The notes beneath the pieces were generated by a model. The model saw nothing but the letters and a program-made list of their open reading frames with translations. It ran no database searches and was not told the origin of the DNA. A stretch of DNA of 64,000 nucleotides from Squalus acanthias (lineage: Eukaryota). This document shows, one piece after another, positions 25,185 through 38,177 of the stretch (position 1 is its first letter; each line of letters begins with the position of its first letter). The translations under genes and the position numbers were made by a program. The stretch is from contig JASTWF010000034.1 of NCBI GenBank assembly GCA_030390025.1, forward strand, positions 3,782,001-3,846,000. The letters run 5' to 3'.

Positions 25185-25622
25185 AAAAGAGAAAGAAAGA
25201 CTTTCACGACCACCGGACGTCTCGAAGCGTTTTGCAGCCATTGAATACTTTTGAAGTGTAGTCACTGTTGTCAGGTGAGAAACGCGGCAGCCAATTTGCG
25301 CACAGCAAGCTCCCACAAACAGCAATGTGATAATGCCCAGATTAATAGTTTTTGTTATGTTGATTGAGCGATAATTATTGGCCAGGACACCAGGGATAAC
25401 TTCACTACTCTTCATCGAACTAGTGCAACGGGATCTTTTACGTCCACCTGAGAGAGCAGTTTAACATCTCATCCGAAAGACGGCACCTCCAACAGTGCAG
25501 CACTCCCTCAGTACTGCACGGGAGTGTCAGCCTAGATTTATGGGCTCAAGTCCCTGGAGCTTGGAACCCACAACCTCTGACTGAGAGGCGAGTGTGCTAC
25601 CTACTGAGCCACAGCTGACACT
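25185..25622 (-). mobile_element. Deu-domain SINE (SacSINE1/AmnSINE1-related)
   Basis: GGGATCTTTTACGTCCACCTGAG, CCGAAAGACGGCACCTCC and CAGTGCAGCACTCCCTCAGTACTGCAC...GTCAGCCTAGATT; tRNA-like head with GTTCCAAG near 25560-25615. Confidence 0.75.
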
Positions 25623-25634
25623 GTCAGATGGGTT

Positions 25635-25935
25635 TACAGAGCATGTGTGTAAACGCACGAAGCGTGGTCAATAAGGTGGGTGAGCTGCAGGCGCAAATAG
25701 CCACATAGGAAAATGATGTCGTGACGATAACAGAGACCTGGCTCAAAAAGGGTAGGATTGGGTAATAAATATACCTGGATATAAGATGTTCGGGAAAGAT
25801 AGGGAAGGAAAAAAAGGAGGTGGATTAGCAATATTGATTAAGGAGAATATTAGTGCTGGAGAAAGAGGATGTCTTCGAGGGGTCAAGGACAGAATCTATT
25901 TGGTTAGAGTTAAGAAACAATAGAGGTACCATTAC
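25635..25935 (+). mobile_element. CR1 ORF2 endonuclease N-terminal fragment
   Basis: Encodes NARSVVNK...ITETWL...IPGYKMF.KDREGKKGGG. Confidence 0.8.
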
Positions 25936-26632
25936 ACTGCTCCCTCCTCAATCCAGGAATGTGATTCCCAGGGCTGCCTAGATTACACTGCTCCCTCCTC
26001 AATCCAGGAATGTGATTCCCAGGGCCGCCTAGATTACACTGCTCCCGCCTCAATCCAGGAATTTCACTCCCAGGCACAGCCTAGATTACACTGCTCCCAC
26101 CTCAATCCAGGAATTTAATTCCCGGGAGAGTCTAGATTACACTGCTCCTGCCTCAGTCCAGGAATTTCATTCCCAGGGCCGCCTAGATTACACTGTTCCC
26201 ACCTCAGTCCAGGAATTTCATCCCCGGGACAGACTAGATTACACTGCTCCCACCTCAGTCTAGGAATTTCATTCCCAGGACTGCCTAGATTACACTGCTC
26301 CCACCTCAATCCAGGAATTTAATTCCCAGGACAGCCTAGATTACACTGCTCCCACCTCAGTCCAGGAATTTCATCCCCGGGACAGACTAGATTACACTGC
26401 TCCCACCTCAATCCAGGAATTTCATTCCCAGGACAGACTAGATTACACTGCTCCCACCTCAGTCTAGGAATTTCATTCCCAGGGCTGCCTAGATTACACT
26501 GCTCCCACCTCAGTCCAGGAATTTCATTCCCAGGGCTGCCTAGATTACACTGCTCCCACCTCAGTCCAGGAATGTGATTCCCAGGGCCGCCTAGATTACA
26601 CTGCTCCCACCTCAGTTTAGGAATTTCATTCT
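25931..26632. repeat. 51-bp minisatellite (CTAGATTACACTGCTCCCACCTCAGTCCAGGAATTTCATTCCCAGGGCTGC)n
   Basis: About 14 copies. Confidence 0.92.
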
Positions 26633-26854
26633 CAGTTCATTTCTCTTTTGCCTGAAAATGGAAGAAGAAGAAGAAGAAGAAGAGTGACCTTACCCAGACA
26701 AACATGTCATCGTGTTTGACCGAGGGGAAGAATAATTAAAAGGAGCAAAGGATTAAAACGAAGGGATAAAAGGAAAAACACTTAAAATATTAACCAATGA
26801 GATAAATACGCTGTAAGCACCTCAATACTCCAGGAAACTCTCTGGAAACATTAA

Positions 26855-27335
26855 ATTCTCGCATAATCATACTCACAGAAACATACCTGTCAGTCAACAT
26901 TCTCAAACCCTCCATCACCATTCCAGGGTCTGCACAGACCCACCAGAGGTGGGGACACAGGGGTATACAATCGGGAGGGAGAAACCCTGCGAGTCCTCAA
27001 CATTGCCTGAGGATATAATGAAGTCTGATGGCTTCCAGTCAGACATGGGCAAGATAACTTCCTGCCGATTACCACATACCGCCCTCCCTCAGCTGATGAA
27101 TCGGCACATCGTCATGCTGAACACCAGTTGATGGGAGCACCGAGAGCAGAAAAGGCGCAAATTATACTCTGGGTCGGGAGGGGGAAACTTCAATGTCCAT
27201 CACCAAGAGTGGCTCGGAAGTACCATCATTAACCGAGTCCTGAAGAACACAGCTGCCAGACTGGGATTGCGGCAGGTGGTGGGAGACCCAAGATGAGAGA
27301 ATAGCCTGCTTGACCACGTCCTCACCAACCTACCT
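26855..27335 (+). mobile_element. Degenerate LINE APE-endonuclease fragment (L2/CR1 superfamily)
   Basis: IILTETYL...ITIPG, DRPTRGG, NFNVHHQEWLGS and LDHVLTNL motifs across frameshifts. Confidence 0.7.
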
Positions 27336-28125
27336 ATCTGACAGTGCAGTGCTCCCTCAGTACTGCCCCTCTGACAGTGCAGTGCTCCATCAGTACTGCC
27401 CCTCTGACAGTGCAGTGCTCCCTCAGTACTGCCCCTCTGACAGTGATGCGCTCCCTTAGTACTGCCCTTCTGACGGTGCAGTGCTCCCTCAGTACTGCCC
27501 CTCTGACAGTGTAGCGCTCACTCAGTACTGCCCCTCTGACAGTGCAGTGCACCCTCAGTACTGCCCCTCTGACAGTGCAGTGCTCCCTCAGTACTGCCCC
27601 TCTGACAGTGCAGTGCTCCCTCAGTACTGCCCCTCTGACAGGGCAGTGCTCCCTCAGTACTGCCAATCTGACAGTGATGCGCTCCCTCAGTACTGACCCT
27701 CTGACAGAGATGTGCTCCCTCAGTATTGCCCCTCTGACAGTGATGCGCTCCCTCAGTACAGCCCCTCTGACAGTGCGGCGCTCCCTCAGTACTGCCCCTC
27801 TGACAGGGCAGTGCTCCCTCAGTACTGCCACTCTGACAGTGATGCGCTCCCTCAGTACTGCCCCTCTGACGGTGATGCGCTCCCTCAGTACTGCCCCTCT
27901 GACAGTGATGCGCTCCCTCAGTACTGCCCCTCTGACAGTGATGCGCTCCCTCAGTACTGTCCCTCTGACAGTGATGCACTCCCTCAGTACTGCCCTTCTG
28001 ACAGTGATGCGCTCCCTCAGTACTGCCCCTCTGACAGTGCAGTGCTCCCTCAGTACTGCCCCTCTGACAGAGATGCACTCCCTCAGTACTGCCCCTCCAA
28101 CAATGCAGCACTCCCTCAGTACTGG
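27336..28125. repeat. 33-bp minisatellite derived from the Deu-SINE core
   Basis: (CTGACAGTGCAGTGCTCCCTCAGTACTGCCCCT)n, about 24 copies; matches the SINE segment at 25492-25518. Confidence 0.88.
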
Positions 28126-31100
28126 CTTGAGTGCAGTTTGTCATGGAGTGCAGCTTGGAACCGAGTGTTAAGCTGCGAGTTTGGTGAGTGAGGGAGTTCA
28201 GGGAGGGATGTATTCCTTTCTTTTTCTGTCTTTGTCAGCTTCCAAGACCCGGTCAGTATTTCTACAGTCCAGTCGTTAAAGTAAAAGTAAGGTCTCGAGT
28301 TTAGAGCAAGTAGTGCTTAAAGGGAAGTATGAACCTAGTGTATTTAATATTCTTTAATTTAAAGGGAGTAAATTATTGGTAGGACATGGCAGGGCAGCTC
28401 GGCAGCGTGGAGTGCTCCTCCTGTGCTATGTTGGAAGTCAGGGACACTTTAGGTGTCCAGGGCGGACACATGTGCAGGAAGTGTCTCCAGCTGCAGCTAC
28501 TCGAAAACCGCGTTTCGGAGCTGGAGCTGCGACTGGAGTCACTGTGGAGCATCCGCGAAGCTGAGATCTTCGTGGATAGAACATTTAACGAGGTGGTCAC
28601 ACCGCAGGTAAAGAGTGCACAGGCAGATAGGAAATAGATGACCGCCAGACAGTGTAAAAGAACTAGGAAGGCAGTGCAGGAGTCCCCAAGGTCCATCTCC
28701 CTCTCCAACAGATTTTCCATTTTGGATACTGATGGGGGAGAGGGTTTCTCAGGGGAATGCAGCAAGAGCCAAGTCCATGGCACTACGAGTGGCTCAGCAC
28801 CACAGGAGGCGTGGGGGGGAAAGAGTGGGAGAGCAATAGTGACAGGGGATTCTATCGTAAGGGGAACAGATAGACGTTTCTGTGGCCGCAGACGTGACTC
28901 CAGGATGGTATGTTGCCTCCCTGGTGCCAGGTTCAAGGATGTCACTGAACGGCTGCAGGGTATTCTGAAGGGGGAGGGCGAACAGTCAGAGGTCGTAATC
29001 CACATTGGTACCAACGACATGGGTAAAAAGAGGGATGAGGTCCTGCAACAAGAATTTAGGGAGCTAGGTAGCAGATTAAAAAGCAGGACCTCAAAGGTTG
29101 TAATCTCTGTTTTACTCCCGGTGCCACTTGCTAGTGAGTATAGGAATAGGAGGATAGAGCAGATGAATGCGTGGCTAAAGAGTTGGTGCAGGAGGGAGGG
29201 CTTTCGTTTCCTGGATCACTGGGTCTGCTTCTGGGGAAGGTGGGACCTGTACAATTTGGACGGGTTGCACCTGAATCGGAACGGGATCAACATCCTTCCG
29301 GGGAGGTTTGCTAGTGCTGTTGGCGGGGGGGGGGGGGGGGGAGGCGGGTGCGGTTTAAACTAACTTGGCAGAGAGATGGGATACGGAGTGGAGCTATAGT
29401 AGGGGGTGATGCACAGCCAAATATAGAGGAAAAAACAAGTCAGCCTGGAAGGCAGAGCAAATATGTAACGGCACAAGAATGTAAGGCAAGCCTGGTGGGC
29501 ATTTATTTTAATGCAAGGAGTCTTGCGAGTAAGGCAGATGAATTGAAGGTGTTGATGAACACATGGGATATGATATTGTTGCTATCACAGATACATGGTT
29601 GAGGGAGGGGCAGGACAGGCAGCTCAATATTCCGGGGTATAGAATCTTCAGGCGAGACAGAGGGGCTGTAAAAGAGGAGGGGGTGTCTCAATATTAATCA
29701 AGGAGTCAATTACTGCAGTAACGAGGGATGATATCTTAGCAGCTTCCTCTAAGGAGGCCATATGGGTAGAACTTAAAACCAAAAAGTGGGCAAGCACTTT
29801 GCTGGGAGTGTACTATAGGCCCCCAAACAGTCAGGGGGAGATAGAAGAACAGATATGTAGGCAAATCTCAGAGAAGTGTCTAAATAATAGGGTAATAATA
29901 GTAGGGGATTTCAACTTCCCCAATATTAACTGGGATAGTCAGAGTGTGAAAGGCTTAGAGGGTGTGGAATTCTTAAAGTGCATCCAGGAGAGCTTTTTGA
30001 GCCAACATATAGAAAGTGCTACAAGAGAGGGGGCAGTTCTGGACCTAATTCTAGGGAATGTAGCCATGCAAGTGGTAGAAGTGTTAGTAGGAGAGCATTT
30101 TGGTGACAGTGACCATAATTCGGTGAGATTTAAGGTAGTCATTGAAAAGGACAAAGATGGAACGGAATAATGGTTCTAAATTGGGGGAAGGCCAATTTTA
30201 ATACGATAAGGCAGGATCTGGCCAAAGTGGACTAGGATCAGCTACTTGTAGGAAAATCCACATCAGAGCAGTGGTACTCTTTCAGAAAGGAAATAGAGAG
30301 AGTACAACACCAACATGTTCCCGTAAAAGTCAAGGTTGGGACCAACAAGCCCAGGGAATCCTGGATGTCAAGGGATATACAAGAATGGATTGGGAAAGAA
30401 AGAGAGGCTTTAGGCAGATACAAAGGACTAGAAACAGTGGAAGCCCTAGAGGAGTATAGAAAGTGCAGGGGGGTACTTAAAAAAGAAATTAGGAGAGCGA
30501 AGAGGGGGCATGAAAAAAAACACTGGCGGGCAAAAAAAAAGGAAAATCCCAAGGTGTTTTATAAGTATATTAAGGGCAAGAGGATAACCAGGGAAAGTGT
30601 AGGGCCCATTAGGGACCAAAGTGGTAATCTGTGTGTAGAGCCAGAAGATGTGGGTGAGGTTTTAAATGAATATTTTGCATTTATGTTCACTATGGAGATG
30701 GACAATGTTGGCATAGAAATCAGGCAAGGCGATTGTGGTATACTTGAATAAATTAGTATTGAGAGGGAGGAGGTATTGCGGTTTTAGCGGGCATAAAAGT
30801 GGATAAATCCCCAGGCCCAGACGAGATGTATCCCAGGCTGCAGTGTGAGGCAAGGGAGGAGACTGCAGGGGCTCTGACATAAATTTTCAGAACCTCTCTG
30901 ACCACAGCGGAGGTGCCAGATGACTGGAGAACAGCTAACATAGTACCATTGTTCAAGAAGGTTAGTAGGGATAAACCAGGGAATTACAGGCCATTGAGCC
31001 TAACATCAGTGGTAGGGCAATTCTTGGAAAAAATTCAGAGGGACAGAGTTAGTCTACACTTGAAGAGGCAAGGATTGATCAAGGATAGTCAGCATGGCTT

Positions 31101-31537
31101 TGGAAGGGGGAGATCAGTTCTAAGCAATTTGATTGAAGTGACCAGGTTTCTGGATGAGGGTAGTGCAGTTGATGTCGTCTACATGGTCTTCAGTAAGGCT
31201 TTTGACAACGTCCCACATGGAAGACTGGTCAAGAAGGTAAGAGCCCATGGGATCCAGGGCAATTTGGCACATTGGATCCAAAATTGGTTTAGTGGCAGGA
31301 GGCAGAGTGTGATGGTCGAAGGATGTTTTTGTGACTTGATGCCTGGGTCCAGTGGTGTACCGCAGGGATCGGTGCTGGGACCTTTGCTGTTTGTAGTGTA
31401 CATTAATGATTCAGATATGAATGTAGGAGGTATGATCAGCAAGTTCGCAGATGACACGAAAATTGGTGGAGTCCTAAAAAGCGAGGACGAAAGCCTCAGG
31501 CTACAGGACGATATAGACGGTTTGGTTAGATAGGCAG

Positions 31538-34500
31538 AACATAGAAACATAGAAGATAGGAGCAGGAGTAGTCCATTCGGCCCCTCGAGCCTGCTCCGAT
31601 ATTCAATGCGATCATGGCTGATCATCCAAATTCAGAACCCTGTCCCTGCTTTCTCCCCATAACCCTTGATCCCTTTAGCCTTAAGAAATAAAGCTAACTC
31701 CTTCTTGAATATATTTAATAAATTGGCCTCAACTGCCTTCTGTGGTAGAGAATTTCACAGGTTCACCACTCTCTTGGTGAAGAAATTCCTCCTCATCTCA
31801 GTCCTAAATGGCTTACCCCTTATCCTTAGACTGTGACCCCTGGTTTTGGACTCCCCCGCCATCGGGAACATCCTTCCTGCATCTAGTCTGTCTAGTCCTG
31901 TTAGACTTTTATGAGTTTCAATGAGACCCCCTCTGATTTTTCTAAACTCCAGCGACTATAAGCCTAATCGAAACAATCTCTCTTCATACGTCATTCCTGC
32001 CATCCCAGGTATCAGTCTGGTGAATCTTCGCTGCACTCCCTCCATGGCAAGAACATCCTTTCTCAGATAAGACGACCACAACTGCACACAATACTCAAGG
32101 TGTGGTCTCACCAAGGCTCTGTGCAACTGCAACAATACATCCTTGCTCCTGTACTCGAATCCTCTCGCTGTGAAGGCCAACATACCATTTGCCTTCTTAA
32201 CTGCCTGCTGCACCTGCATGCTTACCTTCAGCAACTGGTGCACAAGGACACGCAGGTCTCGTTGCACTTCCCATTCTCCCAATCTATTGCCGTTCAGATA
32301 ATAATCTGTCTTCCTGTTTTTGCCACCAAAGTGGAAAACCTCGTATTTATCCACATTATACTGCATCTGCCATGCATCTGATCAATCACCCAACCTGTGC
32401 AAATCATATTGGAGTTTCTCTGCATCCTCCTCACACAGCAGACACACCCACCCAGCTTTGTGTCGTCTGAAAACTTGGAGATATTACATCTAGTTCCCTC
32501 ATCTAGATTATTAATATATACTGTGAATAGCTGGGGTCCTAGCACCGATCCCTGCAAACGCTCACTAGTCACTGCCTGCCACTCGGAAAAAGACCCGTTT
32601 ATTCCAACTCTTTGCTTCCTGTCTGCCAACCAGTTCTCTATCCAAGTCAATACCTTGCCCCCAATCCCATGTGCCTTAACTTTGCACGCTAATCTCTTAT
32701 GCGGGATCTGATCGAAAGCCTTCTGAAAGTCCAAATACACCACATCCACTGGTTCCCCCTTACCTATTCTACCAGTTACATCCTCAGAAAATTCCAGTAG
32801 ATTAGTCAAGCATGATTTACCTTTTGTAAATCCATGTTGACTTTGTCCGATCCTGTCACTGTTTTCCAAGTGCTCTGCTATTACATCTTTTATAATGGAC
32901 TCTAGCATTTTCCCCACTACCGATGTCAAGCTTACCGGTCTATAATTCAAGCTTACCGGTCTATAATTCCCCGTGTTCTCTCTCCCAGCTTTTTAATATA
33001 GTGGAGTTATATTAGCTACCCTCCAATCCATGGGAACTGTTCCACAGTCTATAGAATTTTGGAACATGACCAGCAATGCATCGACTATTTCTAGGGCCAC
33101 TTCCTGAAGTAACCTAGGATGTAGATTATCAGGCCCTGGGGATTTATCGGCCTTCAATCACGTCAATTTCCCTTCAAATACTGATTTCATTCAGTTGCTC
33201 CCTTATTAGACCCTATGTTCCCCGACATCTCAGAGTTTATTTGTGTCCTCCTTTGTGAAGACAGAACCAAAGAATATATTTAATTGATCTGCCATTTCTT
33301 TGTTCCCCATTATAAATTTCCCTGACTCTGACTGCAAGGTTCCTACGCTTGACTTCACCAATCTTTTTCTCTTCACATATCTATGGAATTTTTACAGTCA
33401 GTTTTTATGTTCCCTGAAAGCTTACTCTCATACTCTATTTTCCCCCTCTTAATTAATCCCTTTGTCCTCCTTTGCTGAATCCTAAACTGCTCCCAATCCT
33501 CAAGTTTGCTGCTTTTTGTGACCAATTTATATGTCCTCTCCTTGGATCTTATGCTATCCTTAATTTCCCTTGTTAGCCACGGTTGAGTCACCTTTTTTGC
33601 TTTATTTTTATGCCAAACAGGGATGAAGAAATGCTGTAGTTCATCCATGCGATCTTTAAATGTTTGCGATTGCCTATCCACCATCAACCCTTGAAGTAAC
33701 ATTCCTCAATCCATCCTAGCCAACTCGCGCCTCATACCATCACAGTTTCCTTTATTGAAATTCAGTGCCCAAGTTTCTGAGTCAACTACTACTTCACTCT
33801 CCATCTTAATGAAGAATTCTATCATATTATGATCGCTCCTCCCCAAGGGGCCTCGCACAACAAGATTGCTCATTAATCCTTTCTCATTACATAATACCCA
33901 GTCTAAGATGGCCTGATCTCTAGTTGGTTCCTCGACATATTGGTCCAGGAAGCCATCCCGTATACACTCAAGGAATTCATTTTCCACAGTATTGTTACTA
34001 ATTTGATTAGCCCAATCTATATGTAGATTAAAGTCACCCATGATAACTGCTGTGCCCTTATTGCACGCATCTCTAATTTCCCGTTTAATGCCATCCCCAA
34101 CCTCAGCATGACTGTTTGGGGGTTTGTATACAAATCCCCAAAATGTTTTCTGCCCCTTGGCATTTCTCAGCTCCACCCATACTGATTCGACATCATCCGA
34201 GCTAATATCCTTCCTTACTATTGTGTGAATTAATTCGTTAACCAGCAATGCTACACTGCCTCCTTTTCCTCTTTGCCTGTTCTTCCTGAATATTGAATAC
34301 CCCTGGATGTTGAATTCCCAGCCTTGGTCACCCTGGAGCCATGTCTCCGTAATCCCAATTATATCATATCCGTTTACATCTATTTGCGCAGCTAATTCAT
34401 CCACCTTATTACGAATGCTCCTCGCATTAAGACACAAAGCCGTCAGGCTTGTTTACTTATCACTCTTAGACCTTTTAGAATTATTGTTTACTGTGCCCAT

Positions 34501-35836
34501 GTTTGATTTACACCCTTGCTTTCTCTGACTTCCACTTTTGCTTTTCTCCTTCCTGTCTTTTGCTTCTATCCTTGCTTCCATTTCCTCTGTCTCCCTGCAC
34601 AGTTTCTCAACCCCCTGCCATTTTAGTTTAAACCCTCCTCAACAGCACTAGCAAGCACTCCCCCTAGGACATCGGTCCCGGTCCTGCCCAGGTGCAAACT
34701 TTCCAGTTTGTACTGGTCCCACCTCCCCCAGAACCGTTTCCAATCTCCCAGGAATTTGAATCCCTCCTCCTTGCACCATTCTTCCAGCCACGTACTCAGC
34801 TGAAATATCCTTCTATTTCTACTCTGACTATTCCGTGGCACTGGTAGCAATCCTGAGATTGAGGTCCTATTTTATAATTTACCTCTTAACTCCCTATATT
34901 CAGCTTTTAGGACCTCATCCCGTTTTTTACCTATGTCGTTGGTACCTATATGCACCACGACAACTGGCTGTTCACCCTCCCCATCCAGAATACACTGCAG
35001 CCGCTCCGAGACATGCTTGACCCTTGCACCAGGGAGGCAACATACCATCCTGGAGTCTCGTTTGCAGCCGCAGAAACGCCGATCTATTCCCCTTACAATA
35101 GACTCCCCTATCACTGTAGCTCTCCCGCTCTTTTTCCTCCCGTCCTGTGGAGCAGAACCACACATGGTGCCAGGAAGTTGGCTGCAGCTGTCTTCCCCCG
35201 ATAAGCCATCCTCCTCAACAATATCCAAAGCGGTATATCTGTTTGAGAGGGGGATGGCCACAGGGGACCACTGCACTACCTGCCTGCGCCTACTGCTCTG
35301 CCTGGCGGTCACCCATTCCCTTCCTTCCTGTGCAGCGTTTACCTGCGGTGTAACCAACTCATTAAACGTGATATCCACCATGTCCTCAGCATCGCGAATG
35401 CTCCAGTATGTATCCATTCGCAGCTTCAGCGCCGCAATGCGGTCTGCCTGCAGCTGCAGCTGGATTCACTTCCCGCACACATGGTCGTCAGGGACACAGG
35501 AAGTGTCCCTGATTGCCCACAAACTGCAGGAGGAGCATACCACGGGGCCGAGCTGTGCTGCCATGACTTACCTTTAAATAATTTAAGTTAAATTAAATCA
35601 AATCAATGCTACAAATTACACTGCAATTAAATGATAAAGTCAAGGGCCATTGTTTACTAGCACTCCCCGCTACACAACTGAGACCTTAGAAACTATAACC
35701 ACAAAATTAAGACCTTCTAAACTTTATAAACTATTAACCTTAACTGTCAAACTATGGAGTCGTGTAAATACTCACCTGGCTGTACTCACTCAATCAGCTG
35801 TTTCCTCTTGCCCGCCTCACGTTTTGAATCGCAAAC
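31538..35836 (-). mobile_element. Near full-length CR1 LINE (ORF1 ~35564-34623, ORF2 ~34437-31640), pseudogenised
   Basis: ORFs 34872-35417, 34623-34850, 33706-34437 (EN), 32294-32950 and 31956-32366 (RT); tail at 31538. Confidence 0.92.
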
Positions 35837-35993
35837 AGGGGCAAACTGAATTTAACCCGGAAAAGTGTGAGGTGATGCATTTTGGGAGGACTAACAAGGC
35901 AAGGAAATACGCAATGAATGGTAAGACCCTAGGAAGGACAGAGGACCAGAGGGACCTTGGTGTGCATGTACATAGATCCCTGAAGACAGCAGG

Positions 35994-37501
35994 ACATAGA
36001 AACATAGAAATATAGCAGATAGGAGCAGGAGTAGGCCATTCAGCCCCTCAAGTCTGCTCCGCCATTTAATGAGATCATGGCTGATCATCCAAATTCGGTA
36101 CCCTGTCCCTGCTTTCTCCCCATATCCTTGATCTCTTTAGCCTTAAGAAATATATCTAACACCTTCTTGAATATATTTAATGAATTGGCCTCTACTGCCT
36201 TCTGTGGTAGAGAATTTCACAGGTTCACCACTCTCTGGGTGAAGAAATTCCTCCTCATCTCAGTCCTAAATGGCTTACCCCTTATCCTTAGACTGTGACC
36301 CCTGGTTTTGGACTCCCCCGCCATCGGGAACATCCTTCCTGCATCTAGTCTGTCTAGTCCTGTTAGAATTTTATAAGTTTCAGTGAGATCCCCTCTCATT
36401 CTTATAAACTCCAGCGAGTATAATCCCAATCGATCCAATCTCTCTTCATACGTCATTCCTGCCATCCCAGGTATCAGTCTGGTAAATCTTCGCTGCACTC
36501 CCTCCATGGCAAGAACATGCTTCCTCAGATAAGGCGACCAAAACTGCACACAATACTCAAGTTGTGGTCTCACCAAGGCTCTGTACAACTGCAGCAAGAC
36601 CTCCTTGCTCCTGTACTCGAATCCTCTCGCTATGAAGGCCAACATACAATTTGCCTTCTTATCCGCCTGCTGCACCTGCATGCTTACCTTCAACGATTGG
36701 TGCACAAGGACTCCCAGGATCGTTGCCCTTCCCCTTTTCCCAATCTATTGCCGTTCAGATAATAATCTGCCTTCCTGTTTTTGCCACCAAAGTGGATAAC
36801 CACGCATTAATCCTCATTGTATTGCATCTGCCATGCATCTGACCAATCACCCAACCTGTCCAAATCATCCTGGAGTTTCTCGGCATCCTCCTCACGGCAC
36901 ACACACCCACCCAGCTTTGTGTCATCTGCAAACTTGGAGATATAGCATCTAGTTCCCTCATCTAGATCATTAACATATATTGTGAATAACTGGGGTCCGA
37001 GCACTGATCCCCGCGGTACCCCACTAGTCACTGCCTGCCACTCGGAAAAAGACCTGTTTATTCCAACTCTCTGCTTCCTGTCTGTCAACCAGTTTTCTAT
37101 ACAAGTCAGTGCCTTACCCCCAATCCCATGTGCTTTAACTTTCCACGCTAATCTCTTATGCGGGACCTTATCGAAAGCCTTCTGAAAGTCCAAATACACC
37201 ACATCCACTGGTTCTCCCTTATCTATTCTAACAGTTACATCCTCAAAAATTCCACTCGATTAGTCAAGCATGATTTACCTTTTGTAAATCCATGTTGACT
37301 TTGTCCGATCCTGTCACTGGTTTCCAAGTGCTTTGCTATTACATATTTTATAATGGACTCTAGCATTTCCCCCACTACCGATGTCAGGCTTACCAGTCTA
37401 TAATTCCCCGTTTTCTCTCTCCCATCTTTTTTAAATAGTGGGGTTATATTCGCTACCCTCCAATCCATGGGAACTGTTCTAGAGTCTCTAAAATTTTGGA
37501 A
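35994..37501 (-). mobile_element. 5'-truncated CR1 LINE inserted in the host CR1
   Basis: ORFs 37235-37468, 36807-37208 and 36217-36705; GACA on both flanks. Confidence 0.92.
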
Positions 37502-38177
37502 GACAGGTAGGTAAGGTGGTTAAAAAAAGGCATATGGGATACTTGCCTTCATTAGCCGAGGCATAGAATATAAGAGCAGGGAGGTTGTGTTGGAGAGGTA
37601 CAAAATGCTAGTTAGGCCACAGCTGGAATACGGTGTGTAGTTCTGATCGCCACACAACAGGAAGGATTGGATTGGAGAGGGTGCAGAGGAGATTCAGCAG
37701 GATGTTACCTGGGCTGGAGCGCTTCAGCAATGAAGAGAGACTGGACAGGCTGGGGTTGTTTTCCTTAGAGCAGAGAAGGCTGAGAGTTGACCTGATTGAG
37801 GTGTACAAAATTATGAGGGGCATAGATAGGGTAGATAGAAAGGAATTTCCCCCTTAATAGAGGGGTCAATCACCAGGGCACATAGTTTCAAGGTAAGGGG
37901 CAGGAGGTTTAGAGGGGATTTGAGGAAAATCTTTTTCACTCAGAGTGTGGTTGGAATCTGGAACTCACTGCCTGAAACGGTGGTAGAGGCAGGAACCCTC
38001 ACAGCATTCAAGAAGCATTGAGATGATCACTATAAATGCCATAGCATACAAGGCTACGGACCAAGTGCTGGAAAATGGGAATAGAATAGATAGGGCTTGA
38101 TGGCCGGCGCGGACACAATGGGCCGAAGGGCCCCTTTCTGTGCTGTATAACTATAACTATCGATGACTCTATGACAG

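Larger units (their letters stand above)
28130..38177 (+). mobile_element. Near full-length CR1 LINE split into three pieces (28130-31539, 35835-35996, 37502-38177) by two antisense CR1 insertions
   Basis: ORF1 28386-29363 (CxxC zinc finger, coiled coil, GDS...DGLH SGNH esterase; internal stop 28635-28637); ORF2 EN-RT to 31533; the RT reading resumes at 35835 and 37502; 3' tail near 38150. Confidence 0.9.

Noticed and set aside
28386..31533. Active autonomous CR1
   Set aside because: Stop in ORF1, multiple stops and frameshifts in ORF2, and two insertions; the 31.5-35.8 kb copy is also broken
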